57,876 nt of DNA from Alphaproteobacteria bacterium (GCA_045633825.1 JAZQZB010000013.1:1-57876); one strand, 5' to 3'. Counted from the stretch's first letter, positions 20,301 to 30,436 are shown. A program made the numbers and translations. Notes: a model not told the origin generated them from the sequence alone.

Positions 20301-21971
20301 TTATAAAATTTCCTCTATATTTATTTCATCAATTTGTTCGGTGTTCAGAAATTCTTTGGCAAAGTCTGTATAAAGGTTATTTTTGATGAAGATGTTATAT
20401 AAATCGGCATCTATTTTTCCTTCATTTTTCATTTTTTGCATTGTTTTCATTATTTTAGAAAGTTTGTTGCCTTTGGAAAAAGGAGTTTCTTTTAAAACTA
20501 AAGATGCAAAAATGCTTGCAAAGGTAATGATTTTGGTAATTATGGTGATTTTGGAATTGTCATTAGGAGTTGATTTTAAGTCTCTTAATATTTTTTCATT
20601 AGTTGAGATAATTTCGTGAATATCAGAATATTCGTTGGGAAAAGGAAAGTCAGATAAAATATTCGAGGTGTTGAGTGTATATTCTTGTATTTTTTGACGT
20701 TCGTTTAAGTTAAGAGCGCCGGTTTTTGTTTTTAAGTTTGAAAGTTCGCCCTTGTTATATATATTTGCTGTTTGTTCGGGACGATCTTGAAGTAAATATT
20801 CGACTTGGTTATGGGTGGTTGCTTGGTTATCCATATCTTGTAATTCGGCAGGAGATAAGCCAATAGAACGATCGAAATACCGGATGAAAGATTGTTCGGC
20901 TATTTTATCTAATCGTAAAAAGTCTTCTTTTGTTAAATCTGAAAGACTGTTATTGCATTTTCCGATAAAGTTAAAATCATTGTTAAGTTTTTTTACTTTT
21001 TCGACAAATTCGGCTTGAAGAGTTTCTTTGTCTGCGGTGTTGTTTAAACGTTTTTGTAAGTATTCAATATGGGCATCTCGTCTTAAAATTTCAAATCGTT
21101 GTCTTATTTCGTGAATACGATTGTATACGGTTTCAAGTCTTGATGTTTTATTTAAAATATGATCCGGAATCATTATTTTACCACAGTCATAAAGCCATGA
21201 TGCAAGATTAAGTATATCCCATTCCGAGTTTGTCATTTCAAAGTTTTTGAATTTTTTTTCGGTAGATGAACTTAAAAGAATTGCCAGTTGTCGGGCAATA
21301 TGAGCAACATGATTGTTGTGTGATGCTCTATGAGGTGTTTTAATTTGTATTGTTTTTGATAAAACCGATACAAAGCTTTTTAAAAATTTGTGATAGAGTT
21401 CATTTATTTGTCTGCGTTCTAATAATACAGAAATCAGTTGACAAATTGAGATAATTTTATTTTGGATTTCTTGTGAAAAGGTTATTATTTTACCGGATGG
21501 TGATTGAGCATTTATAAAGTGAATTATTGAGATTATATCTCCGTTGCTGTTAAAAAGCGGAAAACCTAATAAAGAAACCGAGTTGTATTCATTAATCAGA
21601 TCAAATTTTTGAAAAAATGAGACGTCTAACAGGGGCTCGTTATGAATGTTTGGAGAGTTTATAATCTCGTTTGATATTGCGCAGAGCTCTAAAGGTTTTT
21701 TCTTTGATTTATTTTTTATATCAGGAATAAAAATCGGAGATCGTATTTTGTTACAAGATGTGCCTTGAATATCTAAACGGAGAGAATTTATTTTTATATG
21801 TTCTAAATTGATATATTTTGTAGAGGTTACATTATAAAAAAAGAATCCGTCTGCATTCGCAAAATCGGCTGCAAGATTGAGAATTTTGACAATAAGTTCT
21901 TCTTTTTTGTCGTTATTTTGAATTGATGATATTATTGAAAAAATATTATCATAATTTGAGATATCCAGCAA
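20301..21971 (-). CDS. GAF + degenerate HD-GYP domain protein
   Basis: N-terminal GAF-like region; WLYDCGK...LETVYNRIHEIRQRFEILRRD family signature; metal ligands and GYP are missing. Confidence 0.8.
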   Translation of the reverse strand: MLDISNYDNIFSIISSIQNNDKKEELIVKILNLAADFANADGFFFYNVTSTKYINLEHIKINSLRLDIQGTSCNKIRSPIFIPDIKNKSKKKPLELCAISNEIINSPNIHNEPLLDVSFFQKFDLINEYNSVSLLGFPLFNSNGDIISIIHFINAQSPSGKIITFSQEIQNKIISICQLISVLLERRQINELYHKFLKSFVSVLSKTIQIKTPHRASHNNHVAHIARQLAILLSSSTEKKFKNFEMTNSEWDILNLASWLYDCGKIMIPDHILNKTSRLETVYNRIHEIRQRFEILRRDAHIEYLQKRLNNTADKETLQAEFVEKVKKLNNDFNFIGKCNNSLSDLTKEDFLRLDKIAEQSFIRYFDRSIGLSPAELQDMDNQATTHNQVEYLLQDRPEQTANIYNKGELSNLKTKTGALNLNERQKIQEYTLNTSNILSDFPFPNEYSDIHEIISTNEKILRDLKSTPNDNSKITIITKIITFASIFASLVLKETPFSKGNKLSKIMKTMQKMKNEGKIDADLYNIFIKNNLYTDFAKEFLNTEQIDEINIEEIL

Positions 21972-22037
21972 AACAGAACTCCGTTAAATAAATTTATAAT
22001 AGAGTAAGTTTATATCTTTTGGAAAAAAAATCCATAG

Positions 22038-23144
22038 TTAATTGATTTTTGAAATTAAATATTTAATATCATCCGAACCAAGTTCTTCATTATCTCTTAT
22101 ATAGCTTAAAATTCTTTCAACTACTTTGTGTTTGAAGGTTTTTTTGTTTGATCTGCCACAATCAAAACGAATTTCACGAACAATTTTTAGAGCTGAAAAA
22201 ATAGCAGGGAACATCGATTTTGGAATAAAGGCCTTGCGTAAAAGATTTCTTATCATGAAGTCTGTTTGTTCGTTAAATAGAATTTTACGAACTTCCGATA
22301 TCGGTGTTTCTGACATGTATACCAAAGCATATTCGAAAAAGCTTAAATCACCTAAACAGATTGATCTCATTATTAAACCGGGAGTTAATCGATTAGCTTT
22401 ATATAATTGATGAACAAGTTCTTCGGTTTGTTTGTCGGAAGAATATTCTTCGGAAATGGTTAAAGTAATTTTTTCTTTAACATCTTCTATTAAATTAGAA
22501 GCTAAATCTTTAGGAAGATTGTGATTTAAAATAAGATGATTTTTTAAGTTGTATGATAGTTTATCTACAATTTTTTCAATAATTGAAACAGGAAGCTCCG
22601 AACGATAAATCATGCGTTTTTTTATTTCTTCATTGTCGGGATATTTTGTTGTCAAAGTATCAAAGGTTGTTTCTTCTATGGATGCGCCTTCATTAGATAT
22701 TAAGGTTGCAATAACATCAGAAGGGCAGTTGTTTACGATGTAGTCGGAAATATCGGAAGAAATATTTTGTCGTGATGAAACAGCGTGTTGTCGGTTTAAT
22801 TTTTGCGAATCAATAATTTTTATTAAATCTTCATCAGTTAAAGACGGATATTCTTGAATAAAAGAAAGAGCAACATTGTCGCTATCGTTTATAATATTTT
22901 CAACGATATCTTTTGGTAAATTTGAACAATTTTTAAGACTGTTTGCCAGAGTTTCTCTGACTTTTATTTCCGTATCTTTTACCATAATTCGGAAAATATC
23001 TTCGGCCAATTTTATTAAATTAGGTGTAATTTGGCGGTTATTGTATAGTGTAGATACTTTTGAGGCAATTACACTTTTATTTTCAACTGACGGGTTTTGA
23101 GCTAAATTAAGGACATCTTGGCTATTTAGGCTGTTTTCATTCAT
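22038..23144 (-). CDS. DUF2336-family protein
   Basis: AEDIFRIMVKD..VRETLA..LK, LTDEDL, LISNEGA, R..LP pattern typical of alphaproteobacterial DUF2336. Confidence 0.8.
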   Translation of the reverse strand: MNENSLNSQDVLNLAQNPSVENKSVIASKVSTLYNNRQITPNLIKLAEDIFRIMVKDTEIKVRETLANSLKNCSNLPKDIVENIINDSDNVALSFIQEYPSLTDEDLIKIIDSQKLNRQHAVSSRQNISSDISDYIVNNCPSDVIATLISNEGASIEETTFDTLTTKYPDNEEIKKRMIYRSELPVSIIEKIVDKLSYNLKNHLILNHNLPKDLASNLIEDVKEKITLTISEEYSSDKQTEELVHQLYKANRLTPGLIMRSICLGDLSFFEYALVYMSETPISEVRKILFNEQTDFMIRNLLRKAFIPKSMFPAIFSALKIVREIRFDCGRSNKKTFKHKVVERILSYIRDNEELGSDDIKYLISKIN

Positions 23145-23157
23145 AATATTTTCCGGA

Positions 23158-24087
23158 TTATAAATTTTTTAAATACTTTTTATATTTTTTTATAACATTG
23201 TCGGGAATTATTTTATCAGTTAAAGTTGATTTGTCAATCTCAAGCAATTCATAATATGCAAGAGTATAGTCAAATAAGCCCGGATAGTTTTCTAAATTTG
23301 AAGCTCCGTAAGTGTATGGAGCTAATAGATGTCCGACCAAATTGTTGTTCATTTCTCTGAATTCTCGTCTGAAGTTGCGTAATTTATTAAAGCTGGGGGC
23401 AGAATTTATTCTTAAAGCATAGTCTTGGATGGAGCTGTATAGATCCGGATATATTTTTATGCGATAAGAGTTATCTTCGGTTTCTCCGATAGGCTTTAGT
23501 CCTTTGGTGGTATGCCATTCTAAAATTTTGTATAATGAATTTCCTTCTTTAACTATTCTGGAAGCTCCCCAGTTGGTTTCGATTGCTGCTGCAGTTATGA
23601 TAATTGAAGGAGGAATTCTATCAATTTTATCTGATAAAAGATATATCAGATAGGAATAACGATCATTGTCTTTGAGTCTGGTAAAAGCATCATATTTTTC
23701 TGCCAGTTTTTCGAGTTGTTTAATATTTTTAGAAGAAAGTTTTTTTTCTTTTTCAAAAGTTTCTTGAATTGCCAGTAATTTTTTGCGTTCTATTACAAGG
23801 TCTTCATTTAATTTCAGAGCCAAAGGAATCATTATTTTTAAGAAGAGATTGTTACGTTTTTCTTCGTCAGTTATTTTTTCATAGCCGATAGGAAAATTTT
23901 TTAAGAAAATACGAGGATATTTTCTATCATCCAATAAGAGATAATCTTTGATGTCGCCATTGTAATTTACTTCTTTGTATAAGGCTTCAAGTTGTTCTAC
24001 GGTAATATCTTTCAGCCATAAATCTTGAGCTTTTACCGGAAAAGATAAAAGCAATAATAAAAATGTAAATTGCAATATTTTATTCAT
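23158..24087 (-). CDS. Secreted Bax/FlgJ-related glucosaminidase-domain protein
   Basis: Signal peptide (MNKILQF...VKA); IPPSIIITAAAIETNWGASR..KEGNSLY resembles the GH73/Bax motif. Alternative start at 24096. Confidence 0.75.
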   Translation of the reverse strand: MNKILQFTFLLLLLSFPVKAQDLWLKDITVEQLEALYKEVNYNGDIKDYLLLDDRKYPRIFLKNFPIGYEKITDEEKRNNLFLKIMIPLALKLNEDLVIERKKLLAIQETFEKEKKLSSKNIKQLEKLAEKYDAFTRLKDNDRYSYLIYLLSDKIDRIPPSIIITAAAIETNWGASRIVKEGNSLYKILEWHTTKGLKPIGETEDNSYRIKIYPDLYSSIQDYALRINSAPSFNKLRNFRREFREMNNNLVGHLLAPYTYGASNLENYPGLFDYTLAYYELLEIDKSTLTDKIIPDNVIKKYKKYLKNL

Positions 24088-24619
24088 TTGTTTCATCTAT
24101 GTTGCGAACTTCTTTAACTTCGGAAATATAGGTTTTTAAAATGCGTTCAACGCCTTCTTTTAAGGTGCGCATGGCGTAAGGACAACCTTTGCAGGCTCCT
24201 TGCATTTCAACCAAGACAATACCGTTTTCAAAGCTGATAAATTTGATATCTCCACCGTCTTTTTTGACGGCAGGTCTGATACGTGCATTGAGTAATGCTT
24301 GGATTTGTTGAGTAATATCATTATTTGATGTTTCGGTTGGTAATATTTCTTCGCCGGTTGAAAGATAGTCCATTATTTCTGCCATAATAACAGGTTTTAT
24401 ATCATCCCAAGAAGTATCGTTTTGTTTGGTGACGGATATCATGTCTGCCGTTATGAATAAAGAAGCTATTCCTCCGATGTCAAAAATTTGTTCGGCTAAA
24501 GGCGATTTACGAATTGATTTAGCATCAACAAATTCGGCAGAACCTTGTTTTAGCAACGGTTGCGGAGGAAAAAAGTTGATAACGTTAGTATCAGGGGTTT
24601 CTTGAATTTCTATAATCAT
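24080..24619 (-). CDS. nfuA: NifU/NfuA-type Fe-S cluster carrier
   Basis: Nfu_N domain (ETPD...SPLAEQIF), IRPAVKKDGGDI, GACKGCP CxxC. Confidence 0.9.
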   Translation of the reverse strand: MIIEIQETPDTNVINFFPPQPLLKQGSAEFVDAKSIRKSPLAEQIFDIGGIASLFITADMISVTKQNDTSWDDIKPVIMAEIMDYLSTGEEILPTETSNNDITQQIQALLNARIRPAVKKDGGDIKFISFENGIVLVEMQGACKGCPYAMRTLKEGVERILKTYISEVKEVRNIDETNE

Positions 24620-25716
24620 TGTTTGGTATCCGTAAAGGTGTTAAGTTTGGTTATTATATTATTTAAATTATCTAAAGCGCGTGAAGCAAGATAATTTAAT
24701 GAAATAAGATGATTTGGCGCAAGTGATGATTCTTTTGCGCCATTTTTTATTATAAACGGTTCTAAAATACTTGCAGTGTTAAGGTAGCTTAACATAGATG
24801 TCCATTGAGGATAAATATCATATCTTATCATAGCATCTTTAAAGTCGTGGCTTAAATCGCGTAGAATTAAAGAGTAGGCATATAATTTGCCTTTTTCATA
24901 ATAAAATACTTGGTCGGCGTCTAAATCAATCCATGAAGAAGAGTTTTCTCTTATATGTGTCTCGGTTTTGTTAATATTTTTTTCTAAATCTTTTTTTACG
25001 AGTAACAATATAAGTTCTAAATTTTTGGCAGAACGATTTAGAATAGTATTTTCTGCAGCAATTTCCTGATTGAAAATATTATATTTTTTACGTCCTTTTT
25101 TGTATTGAGTATTTGATGAGGTTACGGGAAGCAGTTTGTTTTGTGGTGAAAATAACCAAATATTTCCCGGATATTGTAAGAGTTTGGTTCCGTCTGTTAG
25201 GGCTTTTCGGGAAGAATCAGAAGCTTTTTCATAAGTTAAAGAATCAAAAGCTCGTGCCATTTGAGAAATAGTCGACATTATGCCGAGTTGAAATGAGGGC
25301 ATATTATCTAAAATGTATGACGGAAATAAAAATGGTAAATTAGGTGTCCATAATTTGTGATGAACTTCACGATTGATCAGGTAACTCATCGTGTCGATTG
25401 AAGCAAGTCTTCCGTCAGACGTTTGCGGTTGATAGTTGGCTGAAGTATCAATTTTGTGAATAAGCATGCCGCCAATCGGATAATATAAGAAAAGGATGCA
25501 GAATAAAATAATTAAAGCAACTTGCCACCAAGAGGTAATTTTTGATTTCAGGTATTTTCTTATATTGTGATAAATATTTGTAACCATATTAAAAAATTTT
25601 ATTGCGTATGGTTTTATTTTTTGTATATACGGCATTATTTTATTAAAATATGGTTTTACCTTATTAAGATAAGGTTTGAATTTATTCAGAAGTTGTTTAA
25701 TTTTTTTCTTTGGCAT
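24616..25716 (-). CDS. DUF2333-family membrane-anchored protein
   Basis: Single TM; WTPN...DNMPSFQLG and DADQVFYYEKGKLYA motifs. Confidence 0.7.
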   Translation of the reverse strand: MPKKKIKQLLNKFKPYLNKVKPYFNKIMPYIQKIKPYAIKFFNMVTNIYHNIRKYLKSKITSWWQVALIILFCILFLYYPIGGMLIHKIDTSANYQPQTSDGRLASIDTMSYLINREVHHKLWTPNLPFLFPSYILDNMPSFQLGIMSTISQMARAFDSLTYEKASDSSRKALTDGTKLLQYPGNIWLFSPQNKLLPVTSSNTQYKKGRKKYNIFNQEIAAENTILNRSAKNLELILLLVKKDLEKNINKTETHIRENSSSWIDLDADQVFYYEKGKLYAYSLILRDLSHDFKDAMIRYDIYPQWTSMLSYLNTASILEPFIIKNGAKESSLAPNHLISLNYLASRALDNLNNIITKLNTFTDTKQ

Positions 25717-27292
25717 CGGATAATTCCTTTTTAATTAAATGCGCCACAATTTCTCTTAAATTTATTACGTTGGTCACTTTAGCACAGAAAATAAAGGTAA
25801 TAAAGCCTAAAAAACATATAATGGAAAATAAAGCTAATTTAGGCAAGATGTTTAAGTGTAACCAATTTTCAAAATACAGATTAAGGAAGTATTGGATTAA
25901 ATATATTATTAAACTCATTATAAGTGAACATATACAAATTTTTATAACTTTTATTACCAATTCTTTCGGACAGCTCCAAAATTTTCGTTTTTTTAAGCCA
26001 TGAAGATATTGCCAAAGTGATACAAAAGCCGCAATGGTGGTGGCGGTGGCAATTCCGACATGGCCGAAAGGTTTCATTAGTGAAATAGCAAAAATTAAAT
26101 TGGTTATTAGTACAACCATACTATATTTTACAGGCGTTTTGGTGTCGCCGCGGGCAAAAAAGTTTGGTGTTAGTGATTTTACCAAAACATAGGCTGGTAA
26201 GCCGATAGCATAAACAATGACGGCTTTTGATGTCATAATGGTTTCTTCTAAACCGAATTTACCATGTTGAAACAAAATATTGATAATCGGTTGAGCTAAT
26301 GTTATCAGTGCAAAGGCTGCCGGAATCGATAAAAGTGCGCCATATTCAAAGGCTTTGTTTTGTACTTCGACAGCTTCTTTAGTTTTATTTGCCGTAATGT
26401 GACGAGATAATACCGGTAGTACAGCAACGGAAATGGCTGCTCCGACAACGCCTAAAGGAAGTTGTTGTAAACGATTGGCATAGTATAACCAAGAGATTGC
26501 TCCTGTTCCGACTAATGATACTAAAATAGTGTCTACAACCATGTTGATTTGATAAATGCCGGCACCTAAAACACCCGGGGCAATGCGTTTGAATAAAGTT
26601 TTAATTTCAGCATCTTTGATGATTTTGAAAATCTTAAATTGCGGTTTTATATATATTTGTTGACGATGAAGAAAGAACATCAGCCATAATATTTCGATAA
26701 ATCCGGCCGTGGTAATACCGATTGCAATACCGTGAGCCGGAGATGGGGCAAAAGGTACAAAAACAAATATTGATAGAATCATCATTAAATTTAAGATTAC
26801 CGGAGCGGCAGCAGGTGCGGCAAATTTGTTAAGTGAATTTAGGATGCCGGATTGAAAAGACACAATGGAAATAAACAACAAAAAAGGAAAGGTTATGCGG
26901 GATAGTTCTATTGCCAAAGATATTTTTTCCGGATTATCGGAAAATCCCGGAGCTAATATTGTAACTACCCAAGGCATCAGATATTCAACCAAAGCAACAA
27001 ACAAACCGACAAAAAATGCTAAAACGGATATAGCTTTGGCTGCAAATAAAACGGCTTGTTTTTTGTCTTCGCATACCAGTTTTTGTGATAACATCGGAAC
27101 GAAAGCGGTGGTAAAAGCCCCTTCGGCAAAAAGTGAGCGAAATAAATTCGGTAATTTGAATGCCACAAAAAAAGCATCGGAAACTAAACCGGCTCCTAAA
27201 AAGTTGGCCAAAACCATGTCACGAAAGAAGCCTGTTATACGTGACAAAAGAGTAAAACCGCCAAAAGTTGCTATCGATTTAAATAAGTTCAT
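25697..27292 (-). CDS. murJ: Lipid II flippase MurJ (MviN)
   Basis: SRITGFFRD, FKLPNLFRSLFAEGAF, YANRLQQLPLG, FFARGDTKTP. Confidence 0.97.
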   Translation of the reverse strand: MNLFKSIATFGGFTLLSRITGFFRDMVLANFLGAGLVSDAFFVAFKLPNLFRSLFAEGAFTTAFVPMLSQKLVCEDKKQAVLFAAKAISVLAFFVGLFVALVEYLMPWVVTILAPGFSDNPEKISLAIELSRITFPFLLFISIVSFQSGILNSLNKFAAPAAAPVILNLMMILSIFVFVPFAPSPAHGIAIGITTAGFIEILWLMFFLHRQQIYIKPQFKIFKIIKDAEIKTLFKRIAPGVLGAGIYQINMVVDTILVSLVGTGAISWLYYANRLQQLPLGVVGAAISVAVLPVLSRHITANKTKEAVEVQNKAFEYGALLSIPAAFALITLAQPIINILFQHGKFGLEETIMTSKAVIVYAIGLPAYVLVKSLTPNFFARGDTKTPVKYSMVVLITNLIFAISLMKPFGHVGIATATTIAAFVSLWQYLHGLKKRKFWSCPKELVIKVIKICICSLIMSLIIYLIQYFLNLYFENWLHLNILPKLALFSIICFLGFITFIFCAKVTNVINLREIVAHLIKKELSDAKEKN

Positions 27293-27432
27293 TTTTTTAT
27301 ATATCTTTTTGTTGTTTTTTTCATATGAAAGTATATAACATATTTTTTATAATAAAACAAAAAAGATAAAATATTGCATAAAAAGATATTGTATGTTACA
27401 ATAAATAAAAGCCTTACAAAGGAGAGGTTATT

Positions 27433-27657
27433 ATGACAACAATGAGGGAAATTACATCAGGATATAGCCTGTTAACTAGCGGAACATCAAGGTATGCAAA
27501 AGTGGTGCTTGATACGCGTTATGTTGAGGATTTGATTGCCGGGCAAAAATGTATCGCTGAGGGGCCGGTAAGAGAAGCTACCCCTGAGGAATGTAAGAAA
27601 ATATATGATTTTGTCAGACCGCCTATGAACCCTAATAATAAAGAATTGTTACGCTAA
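27433..27657 (+). CDS. Small hypothetical protein (74 aa)
   Basis: Strong RBS (AAGGAGAGG) before the ATG; terminator follows; no recognisable domain. Confidence 0.65.
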   Translation: MTTMREITSGYSLLTSGTSRYAKVVLDTRYVEDLIAGQKCIAEGPVREATPEECKKIYDFVRPPMNPNNKELLR

Positions 27658-27676
27658 CAGTAAAATGAACAATTAA

Positions 27677-27707
27677 AATAAACCCCCGAAATTTTCGGGG
27701 GTTTATT
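27677..27707. terminator. Bidirectional terminator (orphan ORF / typA)
   Basis: AATAAACCCCCGAA-loop-TTCGGGGGTTTATT hairpin. Confidence 0.8.
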
Positions 27708-27711
27708 ATTA

Positions 27712-29529
27712 TTACATAATTTCAGGTTTGGCGCGACGACGGGCAATCGGATCTAAAATACGTTTGCGAAGGCGCAAAGTTTTTGGAGTAACTTCCAATA
27801 GTTCATCGTCTTGAATATAGGACAAACCTTGTTCTAAAGACATTTTTCTTGGAGGAATCAAGTCAATAGCTTCGTCTTTGCCGGCAGCACGGATGTTGGT
27901 AAGCTGTTTTGCTTTGCAAGGATTAACCTCTAAATCATTCGGTTTGGTGTGTTCACCGATAATCATACCCGTATAAACAGGTACACCGGAATCGATAAAC
28001 ATAGGGCCTCGGTCTTGCAGTTTCCATAAGGAATAGGCTACTGCATCACCGGTTTCGGATGAAATCAAAACACCGTTGCGACGGGAATTGATTTCGCCTT
28101 TATATGGTTCGTAGCATTTGAAAAGTCGGTTCATTACACCTGTGCCGCGGGTATCGGTTAAAAATTCGGAATGATAGCCGATAAGACCACGAGAAGGGGC
28201 ATTAAATATCAAACGACATTTATTACCGACTTGTGACGGTATCATATCTACCATTTCCGCCCTGCGTTGACCGAGTTTTTCAACTACTGCACCGGAAAAT
28301 TCTTCATCAACATCAACTACAACTTCTTCAATAGGTTCTAAAAGCTGACCATTCTCATCTTTTTTCATTAAAACGCGAGGACGAGAAATTGATAATTCAA
28401 AACCTTCACGACGCATTGTTTCAATCAAAACACCAAGCTGAAGTTCGCCGCGACCGGCAACTTCAAAAGCATCAGAAGTATCAGTGCGAGAAATTTTCAA
28501 AGCAATATTACCTTCGGCTTCTTTGCAAAGTCTGTCCCAAATCATGCGAGATGTAACTTTGTCGCCTTCTCGGCCGGAAAGAGGAGAATCGTTGATTGAA
28601 AAAGTCATGGCTAATGTCGGTGGGTCAATCGGTTGAGCTTTAATTGCTTCGTTTACATCAAAAGCACAAATTGTATCGGCAACAGTACCTTTTACTACTC
28701 CGGCAACGGCAATAATGTCACCGGCATGTGCAACTTCTAAACTTTCGCGATTTAGACCGCGATAAGCTAAAATTTTACTGATGCGAATGCGTTCAACTTC
28801 TTTATTTTCTCCATTTAAGATTTTTACGGTATCATTAACATGTAAAGTTCCCGATTGGACTTTGCCGGTTAACAAACGTCCGATAAATTTGTCAGCTTCC
28901 AAAGTGGTTGCAAGCATCGAAAAAGGTGCATCAGGTTGACAATCAGGAGCCGGAAAATACTCACAAATTTTTTCAAAAAGCGGGGTTAAGTCTTTTTTTT
29001 CGTCTTCTAATTCATTAACAGCCCAACCGTTGCGGCCGGAAGCATATAAAACAGGAAAGTCAAGCTGTTTGTCATTAGCGTCCAAACTTACAAATAAATC
29101 GAAAATTTCGTTCAAGACTTCATCGCAACGGGCATCAGCTTTGTCTGCCTTATTAATAACAACAATCGGGCATAATCCTAATTTTAAGGCTTTGCCAAGT
29201 ACGAATTTGGTTTGAGGCATCGGACCTTCGGAAGAATCGACTAACAAGACAACACCGTCTACCATTGATAAGATACGTTCTACCTCTCCTCCAAAGTCAG
29301 CGTGTCCCGGTGTGTCAACAATATTAATATGTGTACCATTCCAATTTACCGAGGTGCATTTTGAAAGTATGGTAATTCCACGTTCGCGTTCCAGTTCGTT
29401 ACTATCCATAACGCAGGTTTCAATTTGTTGGTTTTCTCTAAATGTGCCACTTTGTTTTAATAATCCGTCGACCATTGTTGTCTTTCCGTGGTCAACATGG
29501 GCTATGATGGCAATGTTTCTCATATTCAT
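27712..29529 (-). CDS. typA: Translational GTPase TypA/BipA
   Basis: RNIAIIAHVDHGKTT, ERERGITI, DTPGHADFGGEVER, GRGELQL, EVTPKTLRLRK. Confidence 0.99.
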   Translation of the reverse strand: MNMRNIAIIAHVDHGKTTMVDGLLKQSGTFRENQQIETCVMDSNELERERGITILSKCTSVNWNGTHINIVDTPGHADFGGEVERILSMVDGVVLLVDSSEGPMPQTKFVLGKALKLGLCPIVVINKADKADARCDEVLNEIFDLFVSLDANDKQLDFPVLYASGRNGWAVNELEDEKKDLTPLFEKICEYFPAPDCQPDAPFSMLATTLEADKFIGRLLTGKVQSGTLHVNDTVKILNGENKEVERIRISKILAYRGLNRESLEVAHAGDIIAVAGVVKGTVADTICAFDVNEAIKAQPIDPPTLAMTFSINDSPLSGREGDKVTSRMIWDRLCKEAEGNIALKISRTDTSDAFEVAGRGELQLGVLIETMRREGFELSISRPRVLMKKDENGQLLEPIEEVVVDVDEEFSGAVVEKLGQRRAEMVDMIPSQVGNKCRLIFNAPSRGLIGYHSEFLTDTRGTGVMNRLFKCYEPYKGEINSRRNGVLISSETGDAVAYSLWKLQDRGPMFIDSGVPVYTGMIIGEHTKPNDLEVNPCKAKQLTNIRAAGKDEAIDLIPPRKMSLEQGLSYIQDDELLEVTPKTLRLRKRILDPIARRRAKPEIM

Positions 29530-29542
29530 CTTTTCTTTTTCT

Positions 29543-29850
29543 CCTAAAGTATCATCATGTCATAAAATGCTTACTTATGTACCTTATTTTGTACACTGCG
29601 TTCGCATTTTATTTCCAGCATGACACTTTATGAGAAAAAAGGTCATGCCCTAAAGTATCATTATGTCATAAAATGCTTGCTTATGTACCTTATTTTGTAC
29701 ACTGCATTCGCATTTTATTTCCGGCATGACACTTTATGAGAAAAAAGGTCATGCCTTAAAGTATTATCATGTCATAAAATGCTCGTTTGTGTCCCTTTAT
29801 TTGTACACTGCAAAATTAAAATAACTTCCGGCATTTACTTTTATAAAAGA
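29543..29850. repeat. Three tandem 106-bp palindromic repeats in the typA leader
   Basis: TAAAGTAT starts at 29545, 29651 and 29757; the first two units have a TGTAC-N8-GTACACT core flanked by ATAAAATGC/GCATTTTAT; the third copy is diverged. Confidence 0.9.
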
Positions 29851-30185
29851 AACGTAAAAGTGACATGATGTTATTATCTAAAATTTTTTACAAAATACAC
29901 TTATGAAATTAAATTTCAATAAAAAAATCAAAAAATAAAAAAAGAAGAGGAAGAAGCAAATTATGCTTTATCAAAATGGAACTCCAATATTAGATAATGC
30001 TACTCTTTTTGCCTTAACACTTCTTAACGGAGTGTTTTTAACGACAGGCGAAGTTTTGTTAATGAGCGAGAAGCGATAGCGCAAAGAAGCGAATATTACA
30101 AAACGAGTGACCGCAGCGAGTTAGTGAACGAAAGTGAACTTATCGAGCAAGACGAACTTTAGTTCGATCCTTGCAGATTATAAAC

Positions 30186-30430
30186 AAAAAGCTCCCTTTT
30201 GGGAGCTTTGAAATGGTGCGAGTTGGGATTGCTAAGTAACAACAACCATTGTTCTGGTTGTTGTTGTCTGCAAAATCTTGGAAAATGTTAGTAAGCCAAA
30301 ATAAAAGCGAAGCATTATTGAAGGCGAACTTACATTCCCAAGCGGGGCCCGTCCCCAAGAAGACGAGCTTGAAAAGCAAAGTCTGATTGGATAGAGCAAT
30401 AAAAAAAGCTCCCAAAAGGGAGCTTTGAAA

Positions 30431-30436
<6 letters not shown>
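30186..30436 (-). repeat. Duplicated tRNA-Phe 3' end plus terminator (tRNA-linked repeat)
   Basis: AAAAAGCTCCC-N4-GGGAGCTTTGAAATGGTGC at 30186-30219 and 30403-30436 (217-bp period). Confidence 0.85.

Noticed and set aside
29543-29850. CRISPR array
   Set aside because: Whole 106-bp units are repeated with no unique spacers, and there are no cas genes.
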